Origin: an uncultured Actinomycetota bacterium
Lineage (GTDB): Bacteria > Actinomycetota > Thermoleophilia > RBG-16-64-13
DNA length: 64,000 bases
Direction: 5' to 3'
NCBI GenBank assembly: GCA_963783835.1
Contig: CAWAOX010000018.1
Location: 152,435 to 216,434 of the forward strand
In this document: positions 1-10,234 of the stretch, piece after piece
Numbering within the stretch: position 1 is the stretch's first letter
Layout: the number at the start of each line of letters is the position of its first letter
Made by a program: the position numbers and the translations under genes
Notes under the pieces: generated by a model
Databases searched by the model: none
Told to the model about the DNA's origin: nothing
What the model saw: only the letters and a program-made list of their open reading frames with translations

Positions 1-2604
1 GGAGAACTCGGGGGCGAGTATTCGCTCCCACAGAATCTTGACGCGGAACTGTCGGTGTTGGGGGCGAGCATGCTCACCCCCAACGTCATCCCCGCGGTCA
101 GCGAGATCGTTCGGCCGCACTACTTCTACCGGCCGGGGCACCAGCGGATATTCGAGGTCATCGAAGACCTGTTCTCTCGCGGGGAGCCAGTCGACCCCAT
201 CACGGTGTCCGAGCAACTGGCCAACAGGGCCAGTCTCGAGGCCATCGGCGGGCGGGCGTTCATCCACGGCCTGGTGACGTCGGTCCCCGCGGCCACGAAT
301 GCCCGGTACTACGCGGAGATCGTTCGCGAGAACTACTACCTGCGCTCGCTCATCAAGGTGGGAGGGGAGATCACCGAGATGGGCTACCGGCGCCAGCAGC
401 CCCCGCTCGAGCTTATCGACAGGGCGGAGCAGATGGTCTTCGACATCTCCCAGAGCCGGGTCATGGGAGAGTTCGAGCCGATAGGCGAGCTCATCACCGA
501 GAGCTTCTCCGAACTGGAGCGGCTCATGTCCGAAGGGCACCGCACCGTCGGATGCCAGACCGGCTTTCGCGAGGTGGATTCGCTCATCGGTGGCTTCCAG
601 CCCTCAAACCTGGTCATCCTGGCGGCGCGTCCCTCCATGGGCAAGACCGCCTTCGCGTTGAACGTGGCCCGCAACGTGGCCGTCGACCAAGCGAAGGGAG
701 TGGCCATCTTCAGCCTGGAGATGTCCAAGGCGGAGGTGGTCAACCGGATGATGTGCTCCGAGGCGCGGGTCGATAGCTGGCGGGTGCGCCGAGGGGCTCT
801 GCAGACAAGGGACTGGAGTCAGCTGGCGTCCGCCTGTACCCCGTTGCATACGGCTCCCATCTTCATCGACGACAGCGCCTCGCTCAACCTCATGGAGATC
901 CGGGCCAAGGCGCGGCGTCTCCGGTCTCAGGAGAAGAACCTGGGTCTCATCATCGTGGACTATCTGCAACTGATGATGGGCGACACCGGCGTCGAGAACC
1001 GGCAGCAGGAGATCTCCCGCATATCCCGCGGTCTCAAGATCCTTGCCCGCGAGCTCGAAGTGCCGGTGCTTGCTCTTTCGCAGTTGTCGCGGCAGGTGGA
1101 GCAGCGGGCCGGCAACAAGCCGGTGCTGTCGGACCTGAGGGAATGTGTGACCGGCGACACTCTCGTCTGCTTGGCCGACGGCTCTCGGGTGCCGGTCAAA
1201 GAGCTGGTGGGCCTGCGGCCGGACGTGATCGCGATCGGAGCGGACAAGCGCCTTGTCGAGGCTCGTGCCGAATGCGTGTGGCCGGTAGGGGTTCGGCCGG
1301 TGTATGAGGTCGTCACCGCGAGCGGGCGGCGGCTCCGGGCGACGGGAGAGCATCGTGTACTGGGCGGCGAGGGGTGGACTGAGGTCGACCGGCTGGTGCT
1401 GGGCGCCCGGGTCGCACTTGCCCGGCGTCTCCCCGAACCCGCTGCAATAGAGACGTGGTCCGACGGGCAGGTCGCTCTGCTCGGCCAACTCATCGGGGAC
1501 GGGAGCTATCTATCAGGGCAGCCGATGCGCTATACCACAGGGTCACTCGAGAACGCTGAACTCGTTGCCGGCGTCGCCGAGAGCGAGTTCGGGGCCCGAG
1601 TCACGTGGTACCGGGGGCCGGGGAACTGGTTCCAGCTTCTGTTGTCGGGCAACGGAAATCGCTGGCACCCCGCCGGGATCAATCACTGGCTTCGCAAGCT
1701 GGGTGTGTTCGGGCAAAGATCGCACGAGAAACGGATTCCTCAGGCTGCGTTCAAGCTGAGCAATCGGCAACTCGCGATCTTGCTCAGACATTTGTGGGCG
1801 ACCGATGGCACCATCCACCTGCGGAAGAACGGCGACAAAGGGTCTTCCCGAATCGCCTTTGCGACTTGCAGTCGTGGGCTGGCGGACGATGTCGCCGCTC
1901 TGCTTTTGCGCCTGAGGATAGTCGCCCGGATACGGCAGGCGAAGCAGGCTGGCTCAAGCTGGTTCACGGTCGATGTGTCCGGCCGGGAGCACATGCTTCG
2001 GTTCCTGCAAGAGGTCGGGGGCTTCGGTTCCCGGGCGGAAGCGGCGGAAAACCTACGGTCAAAGCTGGAGCCTATGTCGGCCAACACCAACGTAGATACT
2101 CTGCCTCCGTCAGCCTTCGCGAGAGTCAAAGAGACCATGGCCGCGCGCGGCCTGTCTCAGCGCGCCGTGGCGACCCTGCGGGGAACCTCGCACGCCGGGA
2201 CTAATTTCAACTTTGCTCCCTCTAGGGCAGTGATGCTGCAGTACGCCGACCTCCTCGAGGACGAGACTCTCCGAATCGAAGCTACGAGCGATCTCTTCTG
2301 GGATAGGGTCGTAGAGATCTCTCCGGGTGGAGACGAGGAGGTTTTCGATTTGACCGTGCCCGGGCCGTCCTGCTGGCTCGCGGATGGCCTTGTCACTCAC
2401 AACAGCGGAGCTATTGAGCAAGATGCAGACTTGGTGATGTTCATCTACCGCGACGAGGTCTACAACCGCGACAGCCAGGACAAGGGGACGGCCGAGATCA
2501 TCGTCGGCAAACAGCGGAACGGGCCCATCGGCGAGTGCAAGATGGCGTTCGCGCCAAACTACACGCGGTTCTCGGACCTGGCCGACGCTCGGTTGACCCC
2601 CTAG
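1..2604 (+). CDS. dnaB: Replicative DNA helicase DnaB, 5' end outside window, interrupted in-frame by an intein
   Basis: Frame-1 translation from nt 1 reads ...LPQNLDAELSVLGASML..., the conserved DnaB N-terminal domain. Walker-type helicase motifs (AARPSMGKTAF, IIVDYLQLM) are present. The C-terminal extein ...SGAIEQDADLVMFIYRDEVYN... follows the intein. Confidence 0.9.
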   Translation, partial: GELGGEYSLPQNLDAELSVLGASMLTPNVIPAVSEIVRPHYFYRPGHQRIFEVIEDLFSRGEPVDPITVSEQLANRASLEAIGGRAFIHGLVTSVPAATNARYYAEIVRENYYLRSLIKVGGEITEMGYRRQQPPLELIDRAEQMVFDISQSRVMGEFEPIGELITESFSELERLMSEGHRTVGCQTGFREVDSLIGGFQPSNLVILAARPSMGKTAFALNVARNVAVDQAKGVAIFSLEMSKAEVVNRMMCSEARVDSWRVRRGALQTRDWSQLASACTPLHTAPIFIDDSASLNLMEIRAKARRLRSQEKNLGLIIVDYLQLMMGDTGVENRQQEISRISRGLKILARELEVPVLALSQLSRQVEQRAGNKPVLSDLRECVTGDTLVCLADGSRVPVKELVGLRPDVIAIGADKRLVEARAECVWPVGVRPVYEVVTASGRRLRATGEHRVLGGEGWTEVDRLVLGARVALARRLPEPAAIETWSDGQVALLGQLIGDGSYLSGQPMRYTTGSLENAELVAGVAESEFGARVTWYRGPGNWFQLLLSGNGNRWHPAGINHWLRKLGVFGQRSHEKRIPQAAFKLSNRQLAILLRHLWATDGTIHLRKNGDKGSSRIAFATCSRGLADDVAALLLRLRIVARIRQAKQAGSSWFTVDVSGREHMLRFLQEVGGFGSRAEAAENLRSKLEPMSANTNVDTLPPSAFARVKETMAARGLSQRAVATLRGTSHAGTNFNFAPSRAVMLQYADLLEDETLRIEATSDLFWDRVVEISPGGDEEVFDLTVPGPSCWLADGLVTHNSGAIEQDADLVMFIYRDEVYNRDSQDKGTAEIIVGKQRNGPIGECKMAFAPNYTRFSDLADARLTP
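1144..2403 (+). mobile_element. DnaB intein (about 420 aa) with LAGLIDADG homing-endonuclease domain
   Basis: Begins CVTGDTLVCLADGSR directly after extein ...LSDLRE (block A). Has two LAGLIDADG-like blocks (LLGQLIGDGSY, LLRHLWATDGTIH). Ends ...EEVFDLTVPGPSCWLADGLVTHN followed by +1 Ser (SGAIEQDADL). Confidence 0.85.
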
Positions 2605-2622
2605 AAGCAGAAGACGGAGATC

Positions 2623-4133
2623 ATGACGACCAACGGCAGCACGTACGACGTGATCATCGTGGGCGGAGGGCCTGCCGGGATCTTTGCCGCTCTTGAGCTG
2701 GCCGCCAAGCCCGGCCTGCGGGTGCTCCTCCTCGAAAAGGGGGCCGACATCTCTGACCGGCGGTGCCCGGCGCGCGATACCGGCTCCTGCGCTCACTGTC
2801 CCACCTGCGACATAACGACCGGTTGGGGAGGAGCGGGCGCTTTCTCCGATGGCAAGCTCACGCTTGGCCCAGAGGTGGGGGGCTGGCTGGGCGACTACGT
2901 CGACGCGAAGGGAATGCTCAAGCTGATCGCCGACGTCGATGGCATCTACCGGCGATTCGGGGCCCCCGACCGGCTCTACGGCAACGAAGGGGACCGCTAC
3001 GATCATTGGGCCGACCTGGCGGCGAGGCAGGGCCTGCGGCTCGTGCGGTCGCCCGTGCGGCATCTGGGGACGGAACGGTCGGCCGAGGTGCTCGCCGCTA
3101 TGCGGGCCGAACTGGAAGACAAGGTCGACATCCGCACCGACACAGCGGTGGCCACGGTACTCACCGCCGACGGGCCGGCGCTACGGAAGAAGCCGGCGGA
3201 GGCCGGGGCGGCTACGCCGGCACAGCCCATGGCGAAACCGTACTCCAAGACGCAGCACGCCACCGGCGCAGCCTCCGCTGGTCTCGGTCGGGTCGCCGGC
3301 GTCACGACCGCCGACGGGCAGACCTACGAGAGCCCGATCGTGATCCTGGCCCCGGGCAGGGAGGGGTCCGCCTGGCTCACCGCGGAGGCGGGGAGGCTGG
3401 GCATCGGCTTGGTGAGCAACGCCGTCGACATCGGGGTCAGGGTGGAGGTGCCGGCGGTGGTGACCGACATCATCACCGACGAGTTGTACGAGCCCAAGCT
3501 GCTCTACACCTCGCGGCACTTCGAGGACCAGGTGCGCACCTTCTGCATGAACCCGCGGGGCGTGGTATGCACCGAGTGCTGGGGCGACGCCGTCACGGTG
3601 AACGGGCACAGCTACGCGGACTCCGACCTCAAGACCGCCAACACCAACTTCGCGCTGCTGGTCTCCACCCGGTTCACCGTGCCGTTCAAGGAGCCGATCG
3701 CGTACGGCAAGTCGGTCGCCCGTCTGGCGAACATGCTGGGCAGAGACATCCTGGTGCAGCGTCTGGGCGATCTGCGGGCGGGGCACCGCACCACACCGGA
3801 GAGATTGCGGCGCAGCGTCGTGGAACCGACGCTGCGCGCCGCCACCCCCGGCGACCTGAGCTTCGCGTTGCCCTACAGGCATCTGCGCGACCTCGTCGAC
3901 ATGCTCGACGCCCTGGACGCCCTGCTGCCGGGGGTGGGGGGCGTGACACGCTGCTCTACGGGGTCGAGGTCAAGTTCTACTCCTCGCGTCTCACGCTCGG
4001 TCCCGATCTGCAGACCCCGGTCAAGGGGCTCTACGCGGTCGGCGACGGGGCGGGCGTCACGCGCGGGTTGGTGCAGGCCTCTGCATCCGGGGTTGTGGCC
4101 GCCCGCGCGGCGCGGGCGGCGAGAGGCCGCTGA
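2623..4133 (+). CDS. FAD-dependent oxidoreductase, COG2509-like (NAD(FAD)-utilizing dehydrogenase); apparent frameshift near 3945-3960
   Basis: N-terminus DVIIVGGGPAGIFAALELA (Rossmann GxGxxG) plus a Cys cluster CPARDTGSCAHCPTC. The reading frame switches at the G-run gggggtgggggg. The conserved C-terminus LYAVGDGAGVTRGLVQASASG is found in the frame of ORF 2763..4133. Confidence 0.7.
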
Positions 4134-5588
<1,455 letters not shown>

Positions 5589-5604
5589 GGTAGGGGGCAG
5601 GGCG

Positions 5605-7419
5605 ATGGCTTCTGACCGGCGGCTGGATGTCTTGGTGGTCGGCGGAGGGGGCCGGGAGCATGCCCTCGTCCGCGGTCTCGCGAAGAGCCCGAGGATCGGG
5701 AGACTCTTCTGCGCCCCGGGTAACGCGGGCATCCGTGACGACGCGCTGATTGTTTCCACAGGGACCGAAGACATCCCCGGCCTGGTGGCCTTCGTCGAGC
5801 GGGAGAAGATCGACCTTACCATCGTAGGACCCGAAGCTCCTCTCGTGGCCGGCCTTGCCGACCGACTGCGGGAGCGGGGCCGCGCGGTTTTCGGCCCGGG
5901 AGCGGATGGCGCCCTCCTGGAAGGCTCCAAAGCCTTCGCCAAGCAGGTGATGGAGGCGGCCGGCGTCCCGACCGGCCGGTCGGCGATCTTCACTGAGCAC
6001 ATCGCGGCTCTCGCCTACCTATGGGAGCACGGGGCTCCCGTGGTGGTGAAGGCTGACGGCCTCGCCGCCGGCAAAGGGGTGATCGTCGCGCGCAGACTTA
6101 AGGAGGCGGAGGCGGCTCTCACCGAGTGCTTCGTGGAGCGCCGGTTCGGACTGGCCGGGGATACCGTCCTCGTCGAGGAGTTCCTGGAGGGCGAGGAGGT
6201 CTCCCTCCTGTCTCTGGTCAGCGGTGAGAGCATCCTGCCTCTCGCACCGGCCCAGGACTATAAGCGGGCCCTGGACGGAGACGCCGGCCCTAACACCGGA
6301 GGGATGGGCTCCTATTCGCCGGTGCCTACCGTCGACGCTAGGCTCTACCAAGAACTCGTCGACCTGGTGGTGCGGCCGACGGTGGCCGAACTGAGCCGCC
6401 GCGGCATCGACTTTCGGGGCGTCCTCTACGCGGGCCTGATGCTGACCAAGGACGGGCCCAAGGTCCTCGAGTTCAACTGCCGGTTCGGCGATCCCGAGAC
6501 CCAGGCCCTCCTTCCCCGGCTGGAGAGCGATCTGCTGGAACTGCTGTGGACGGCCGCGAACGGCGAGGTTCTGCCGACCGCCGCGGTCTGGCGACCGGGA
6601 GCCGCGGTGGGCGTCGTGCTTGCGTCGCGTGGGTATCCCGCCTCGGCGTCCAAGGGGGACGTCATAGGGGGGCTGGGGCGCGCGCGACGTTTGGACGGCG
6701 TGGAAGTGTTCCATGCGGCCACCAAAGAGGTGGCTGGTTCGGTCGTCACCTCCGGCGGCCGGGTTCTGACCGTCACCGGGCTCGGCGACACCTTTGCCGA
6801 AGCTCGGGCCCGCGCCTACGCCGGGGTGGCCGAGATCCGGTTCGAAGGAGAGCAACACCGCTCCGACATCGCTCTGCGTGCGGAGAAGTGGGAAGCAGCA
6901 GACGCGGGAGGAGGGAACGTGACCGGTCAGCCGTTGGTGGGGATCCTCATGGGGTCCCAATCGGACGCGGACGTCATGGACGCCGCCGCCGAGGAATTGG
7001 AGTCACGCGGCATACCGTATGAGATAAACGTCCTCTCCGCCCACCGGGATCCGGAAGCGGTGCGCGAGTATTCGCTGGCCGCCGAGTCCCGGGGTCTGAA
7101 GGTGGTCATAGCCGGCGCGGGCAAAGCTGCCGCGCTTCCCGGCGTCGTTGCGTCGATGACCGATCTGCCCGTCATAGGCGTGCCTATCCGCACCTCGGAC
7201 CTGGGGGGGCTCGACTCGCTCCTCTCGATGGTGCAGATGCCTCCCGGCGTTCCCGTGGCGACGGTGGCGATCAACGGCGCCCGCAACGCCGCCATCCTGG
7301 CCGCCAAGATCCTCCGGGTGGGGGGCCTCGCCGGCTCTCCCGGCACCGAAGGCGATCCGGCAGCCGGCGCCCAAGGCGGCGAAGCCCAGGGCGGCCCGGC
7401 CGAAAGCAGCGCCCGATGA
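5605..7419 (+). CDS. purD-purE: Fused phosphoribosylamine-glycine ligase (PurD) and AIR carboxylase/N5-CAIR mutase (PurE)
   Basis: The first ~420 aa are PurD ([12 protein letters not shown]...[10 protein letters not shown]). After the linker [16 protein letters not shown] comes a complete PurE domain ([15 protein letters not shown]...[17 protein letters not shown]...[19 protein letters not shown]). The ORF is continuous with no internal stop. Confidence 0.85.
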   Translation: MASDRRLDVLVVGGGGREHALVRGLAKSPRIGRLFCAPGNAGIRDDALIVSTGTEDIPGLVAFVEREKIDLTIVGPEAPLVAGLADRLRERGRAVFGPGADGALLEGSKAFAKQVMEAAGVPTGRSAIFTEHIAALAYLWEHGAPVVVKADGLAAGKGVIVARRLKEAEAALTECFVERRFGLAGDTVLVEEFLEGEEVSLLSLVSGESILPLAPAQDYKRALDGDAGPNTGGMGSYSPVPTVDARLYQELVDLVVRPTVAELSRRGIDFRGVLYAGLMLTKDGPKVLEFNCRFGDPETQALLPRLESDLLELLWTAANGEVLPTAAVWRPGAAVGVVLASRGYPASASKGDVIGGLGRARRLDGVEVFHAATKEVAGSVVTSGGRVLTVTGLGDTFAEARARAYAGVAEIRFEGEQHRSDIALRAEKWEAADAGGGNVTGQPLVGILMGSQSDADVMDAAAEELESRGIPYEINVLSAHRDPEAVREYSLAAESRGLKVVIAGAGKAAALPGVVASMTDLPVIGVPIRTSDLGGLDSLLSMVQMPPGVPVATVAINGARNAAILAAKILRVGGLAGSPGTEGDPAAGAQGGEAQGGPAESSAR

Positions 7420-8717
7420 TCCCCCGCTACTCCACGCCGGAGATGGCCGCCATCTGGACCGACGAGGCGCGCATGGCTGCCTGGTTGCAGGTGGAATTGG
7501 CGGTGTGCGAAGCCTGGACCCGGTTGGGCCGGATACCCGAAGACGCGATGGCCGACATACGAGAGAAGGCCGCCTTCGATGTGGACCGGGTCAACGAGAT
7601 CGAGGAGACGACTCAGCACGACGTCATCGCGTTTGTGAGTTGTGTGGCCGAGAACGTGGGGGACGCCTCCAAGCACATCCACTATGGCCTCACCTCCTCC
7701 GACGTGCTCGATACCGGCCTGGCTCTGCAGTTGCGGGCAGCGGGCGTTCTGCTCGCCGAGGAGACCCGTAGGCTGGGCACGATCCTCCAACGCCGGGCGC
7801 TGGAGCACCGGGATACGGTCATGATCGGCCGCACGCACGGCGTGCACGCCGAACCCATCACCTTCGGCATGGTCCTCGGCCTGTGGGCCTTCGAGGTGCA
7901 ACGCGGTCTGGAGCGGCTGGAGCGCGGTACTCAGCAGGTCTCGGTCGGCAAGATCTCCGGCGCGGTGGGGAGCTACGGCAACGTGGATCCCGCGGTCGAG
8001 ACGATGACCATGTCCATTCTTGGCCTGGGTGCGGCGCCCATCTCCACGCAGATCGTGCAACGCGACCGCCACGCCGAGTTCATGGCGGCCCTCGCCCTGC
8101 TGGCCGGAACCATCGAGAAGATCGCTCTTCAGGTGCGCCACTACCAGCGCACCGAGGTGCTCGAGGCCGAGGAGTACTTCGCGCCGGGGCAGAAGGGCTC
8201 GTCGGCCATGCCTCACAAGCGGAATCCCATCATCTCCGAGCGCCTCTGCGGGCAGGCGCGCATCATCCGGGGCAATCTCGTTGCCGCCCTCGAGAACGTC
8301 CCCCTCTGGCACGAGCGCGACATCAGCCACTCGAGCGCCGAGCGGGTCATCTTCCCCGACAGCACGATCCTTCTCCATTACATGCTCAAGAAGGTCTGCT
8401 GGCTGGTGGACAAGCTCAACGTCTACCCGGAGAACATGGCGGCGAATATCGAAAAGAGCTACGGCCTGGTCTACAGCCAGCGGGTGCTTCTCGCTCTCGT
8501 CGAGGCCGGTATCCTCCGCGACGACGCCTACGCGATCGTGCAGCGGAGCGCCATGAGGGCCTGGGAGGAGAAGACCCAGTTCGCCGACCTGCTCAAGGCC
8601 GACCCGGAAGTGACTGCCCGGCTGTCGCCGGCCCAGATCGAGGCTCTGTTCGACCCCAGCTACGCGCTGCGCAACATGGGGGTCATCTTCGAGCGGGTGG
8701 CCGCACTGGAGTGGTGA
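7416..8717 (+). CDS. purB: Adenylosuccinate lyase
   Basis: [19 protein letters not shown]...[11 protein letters not shown] (fumarate-lyase signature). ATGA overlap with the upstream stop. Confidence 0.92.
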   Translation: MIPRYSTPEMAAIWTDEARMAAWLQVELAVCEAWTRLGRIPEDAMADIREKAAFDVDRVNEIEETTQHDVIAFVSCVAENVGDASKHIHYGLTSSDVLDTGLALQLRAAGVLLAEETRRLGTILQRRALEHRDTVMIGRTHGVHAEPITFGMVLGLWAFEVQRGLERLERGTQQVSVGKISGAVGSYGNVDPAVETMTMSILGLGAAPISTQIVQRDRHAEFMAALALLAGTIEKIALQVRHYQRTEVLEAEEYFAPGQKGSSAMPHKRNPIISERLCGQARIIRGNLVAALENVPLWHERDISHSSAERVIFPDSTILLHYMLKKVCWLVDKLNVYPENMAANIEKSYGLVYSQRVLLALVEAGILRDDAYAIVQRSAMRAWEEKTQFADLLKADPEVTARLSPAQIEALFDPSYALRNMGVIFERVAALEW

Positions 8718-8835
8718 GCGCGGGGTTTCCCGCCGAGGAGACTCACCGAAGCTGATAGAATCGACCTTGGTTGGTTCCCCGCCGCGTGGCGCCCTCAGGC
8801 GCGGACACCTCATCTCTCTAAGGAGGAGAACCGGA

Positions 8836-9090
8836 GTGTACAAGGTCTCGGTCTATGTCACCCCCAAGGCTGGAGTGGTCGACCCTCAGGGCGCGGTCAT
8901 CGAGCGGGCCATGCCTGCCCTCGGGCACCCCGGGGCGGCGAATATCCGGGTGGGGCGCTACATCACTCTGGAGGTGCCGGGCACCGATCCCGAGCGGGTC
9001 AGAGCCGACGTGGACGACATGTGCCGCAAGCTCTTGGCCAATCCCATCATCGAGGACTATCGCTTTGAGTTGGAACTCGATTCAAAATGA
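8836..9090 (+). CDS. purS: FGAM synthase PurS subunit
   Basis: 84-aa protein VYKVSVYVTPKAGVVDPQGAVIERAM...IIEDYRFELE. GTG start 9 nt after AAGGAGG. Confidence 0.85.
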   Translation: MYKVSVYVTPKAGVVDPQGAVIERAMPALGHPGAANIRVGRYITLEVPGTDPERVRADVDDMCRKLLANPIIEDYRFELELDSK

Positions 9091-9233
9091 AGCAGCGGCC
9101 GCCGAGTCCGCACTGGACGGCACGATGCGTCGTCCTCGGTCGCGCCCGTAGCGCCGCTACGAGCGCTTCCTGCGTCCTTGCCTCGCACTCGTCCAGTGCG
9201 GACTGTCGGCGCACCTTCAGTTTGAATCGAGTT
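9074..9233. repeat. ~160-bp nested imperfect palindrome spanning the purS stop and the purS-purQ spacer
   Basis: Outer arms aactcgattcaaaatgaag (9074-9092) and cttcagtttgaatcgagtt (9215-9233) have 1 mismatch. Inner arms ccgagtccgcactggacgg (9102-9120) and cgtccagtgcggactgtcgg (9190-9209) differ by a 2-nt bulge. Central hairpin cgtagcgccgctacg (9147-9161). All are centred near 9154. Confidence 0.7.
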
Positions 9234-9261
9234 GTTGGCACCGCTGGGGAGGAAGTCTGAG

Positions 9262-9981
9262 GTGACCCAGGGCACAGGCAAGAAGGTCCGTTTCGGCGTC
9301 GTCGTCTTCCCCGGTTCCAACTGCGACTACGATGCCGTTCACGCCCTCTCCACCTTCCCCGAGGCCGACCCCTACTATCTGTGGCACAAGGACCGGGACC
9401 TCAAGAGCGCCCAGTGCATCGTGCTCCCCGGCGGCTTCTCCTATGGCGACTACCTGCGTACCGGCGCTATCGCCCGTTTCAGCCCCATCATGCAAGAAGT
9501 GGCCTCGTTCGCGGCCGGCGGCGGCCTGGTCCTGGGTATCTGTAACGGCTTCCAGACCCTCACCGAGGCCCACCTGCTGTATGGAGCCTTGCGGCGCAAC
9601 CGGGGCCTGAGGTTCATCTGCCATCCCCAGTATCTGCGGGTGGAGCGGACCGACACTCCCTTCACCAGCCGGCTCCAGGTGGGCCAGGTCATCCAGATTC
9701 CGGTCAACCACAACGAGGGCAACTGGACGGCGGGCTCCGACCACCTGCAGGAGATCGAGGACGGCGGGCTGGTGGCCTTCCGGTACTGTGACGCCGAGGG
9801 CCGGGTCACCGACGAGGCCAACCCGAACGGCGCTGTCGACAACGTGGCCGGCATTCTGAGTGAGGGCTACAACATCCTGGGCATGATGCCTCACCCCGAA
9901 CGGGTATGTGAGGACATAGTCGGCGGGACCGACGGACGGGCTATCTTCCAGTCGATGATCGATCACGTTTTGGGAGGGTAG
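9262..9981 (+). CDS. purQ: FGAM synthase glutaminase subunit
   Basis: GTG start after GGAGGA. KVRFGVVVFPGSNCDYD...LGICNGFQ (catalytic Cys)...MMPHPER. Confidence 0.9.
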   Translation: MTQGTGKKVRFGVVVFPGSNCDYDAVHALSTFPEADPYYLWHKDRDLKSAQCIVLPGGFSYGDYLRTGAIARFSPIMQEVASFAAGGGLVLGICNGFQTLTEAHLLYGALRRNRGLRFICHPQYLRVERTDTPFTSRLQVGQVIQIPVNHNEGNWTAGSDHLQEIEDGGLVAFRYCDAEGRVTDEANPNGAVDNVAGILSEGYNILGMMPHPERVCEDIVGGTDGRAIFQSMIDHVLGG

Positions 9982-9984
9982 GCG

Positions 9985-10221
9985 ATGGCCGGGCAAACTG
10001 TCTGCCCGCGCTGCGGCGCGCGAGATTCGTTCATGAAGGGATTCCTTCCCGAGACCTGCGTGTGCCGGGTCTGCCAGAGTCAGCTCGACTGGCGGGAGAT
10101 CCCGGGGTGCGGCCCGGATTGCGGCGCGACGAGCCCGCCGGGATGCGAAGCAGGCGAAGAAGCCGGTGCGGACCAGCCGGCCGCGGAAAACGGGGCCCCT
10201 GCGTCGGGCTCGGACGCCTAG
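9985..10221 (+). CDS. Small zinc-ribbon protein (CPRC...CRVC) with acidic/Gly-rich tail
   Basis: 78-aa ORF with RBS GGAGGG upstream of the ATG. MAGQTVCPRCGARDSF...CVCRVCQSQLDW. Coding-like GC3. It sits exactly between purQ and the RBS-supported purL start. Confidence 0.55.
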   Translation: MAGQTVCPRCGARDSFMKGFLPETCVCRVCQSQLDWREIPGCGPDCGATSPPGCEAGEEAGADQPAAENGAPASGSDA

Positions 10222-10234
10222 GAGAGCGGGGGGC

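Noticed and set aside
2763-4133. 456-aa ORF as an independent gene overlapping the FAD oxidoreductase
   Set aside because: Only its last ~60 codons are meaningful (true C-terminus of the COG2509 protein after the frameshift). The rest is Arg/Gly-rich out-of-frame translation of the same gene.
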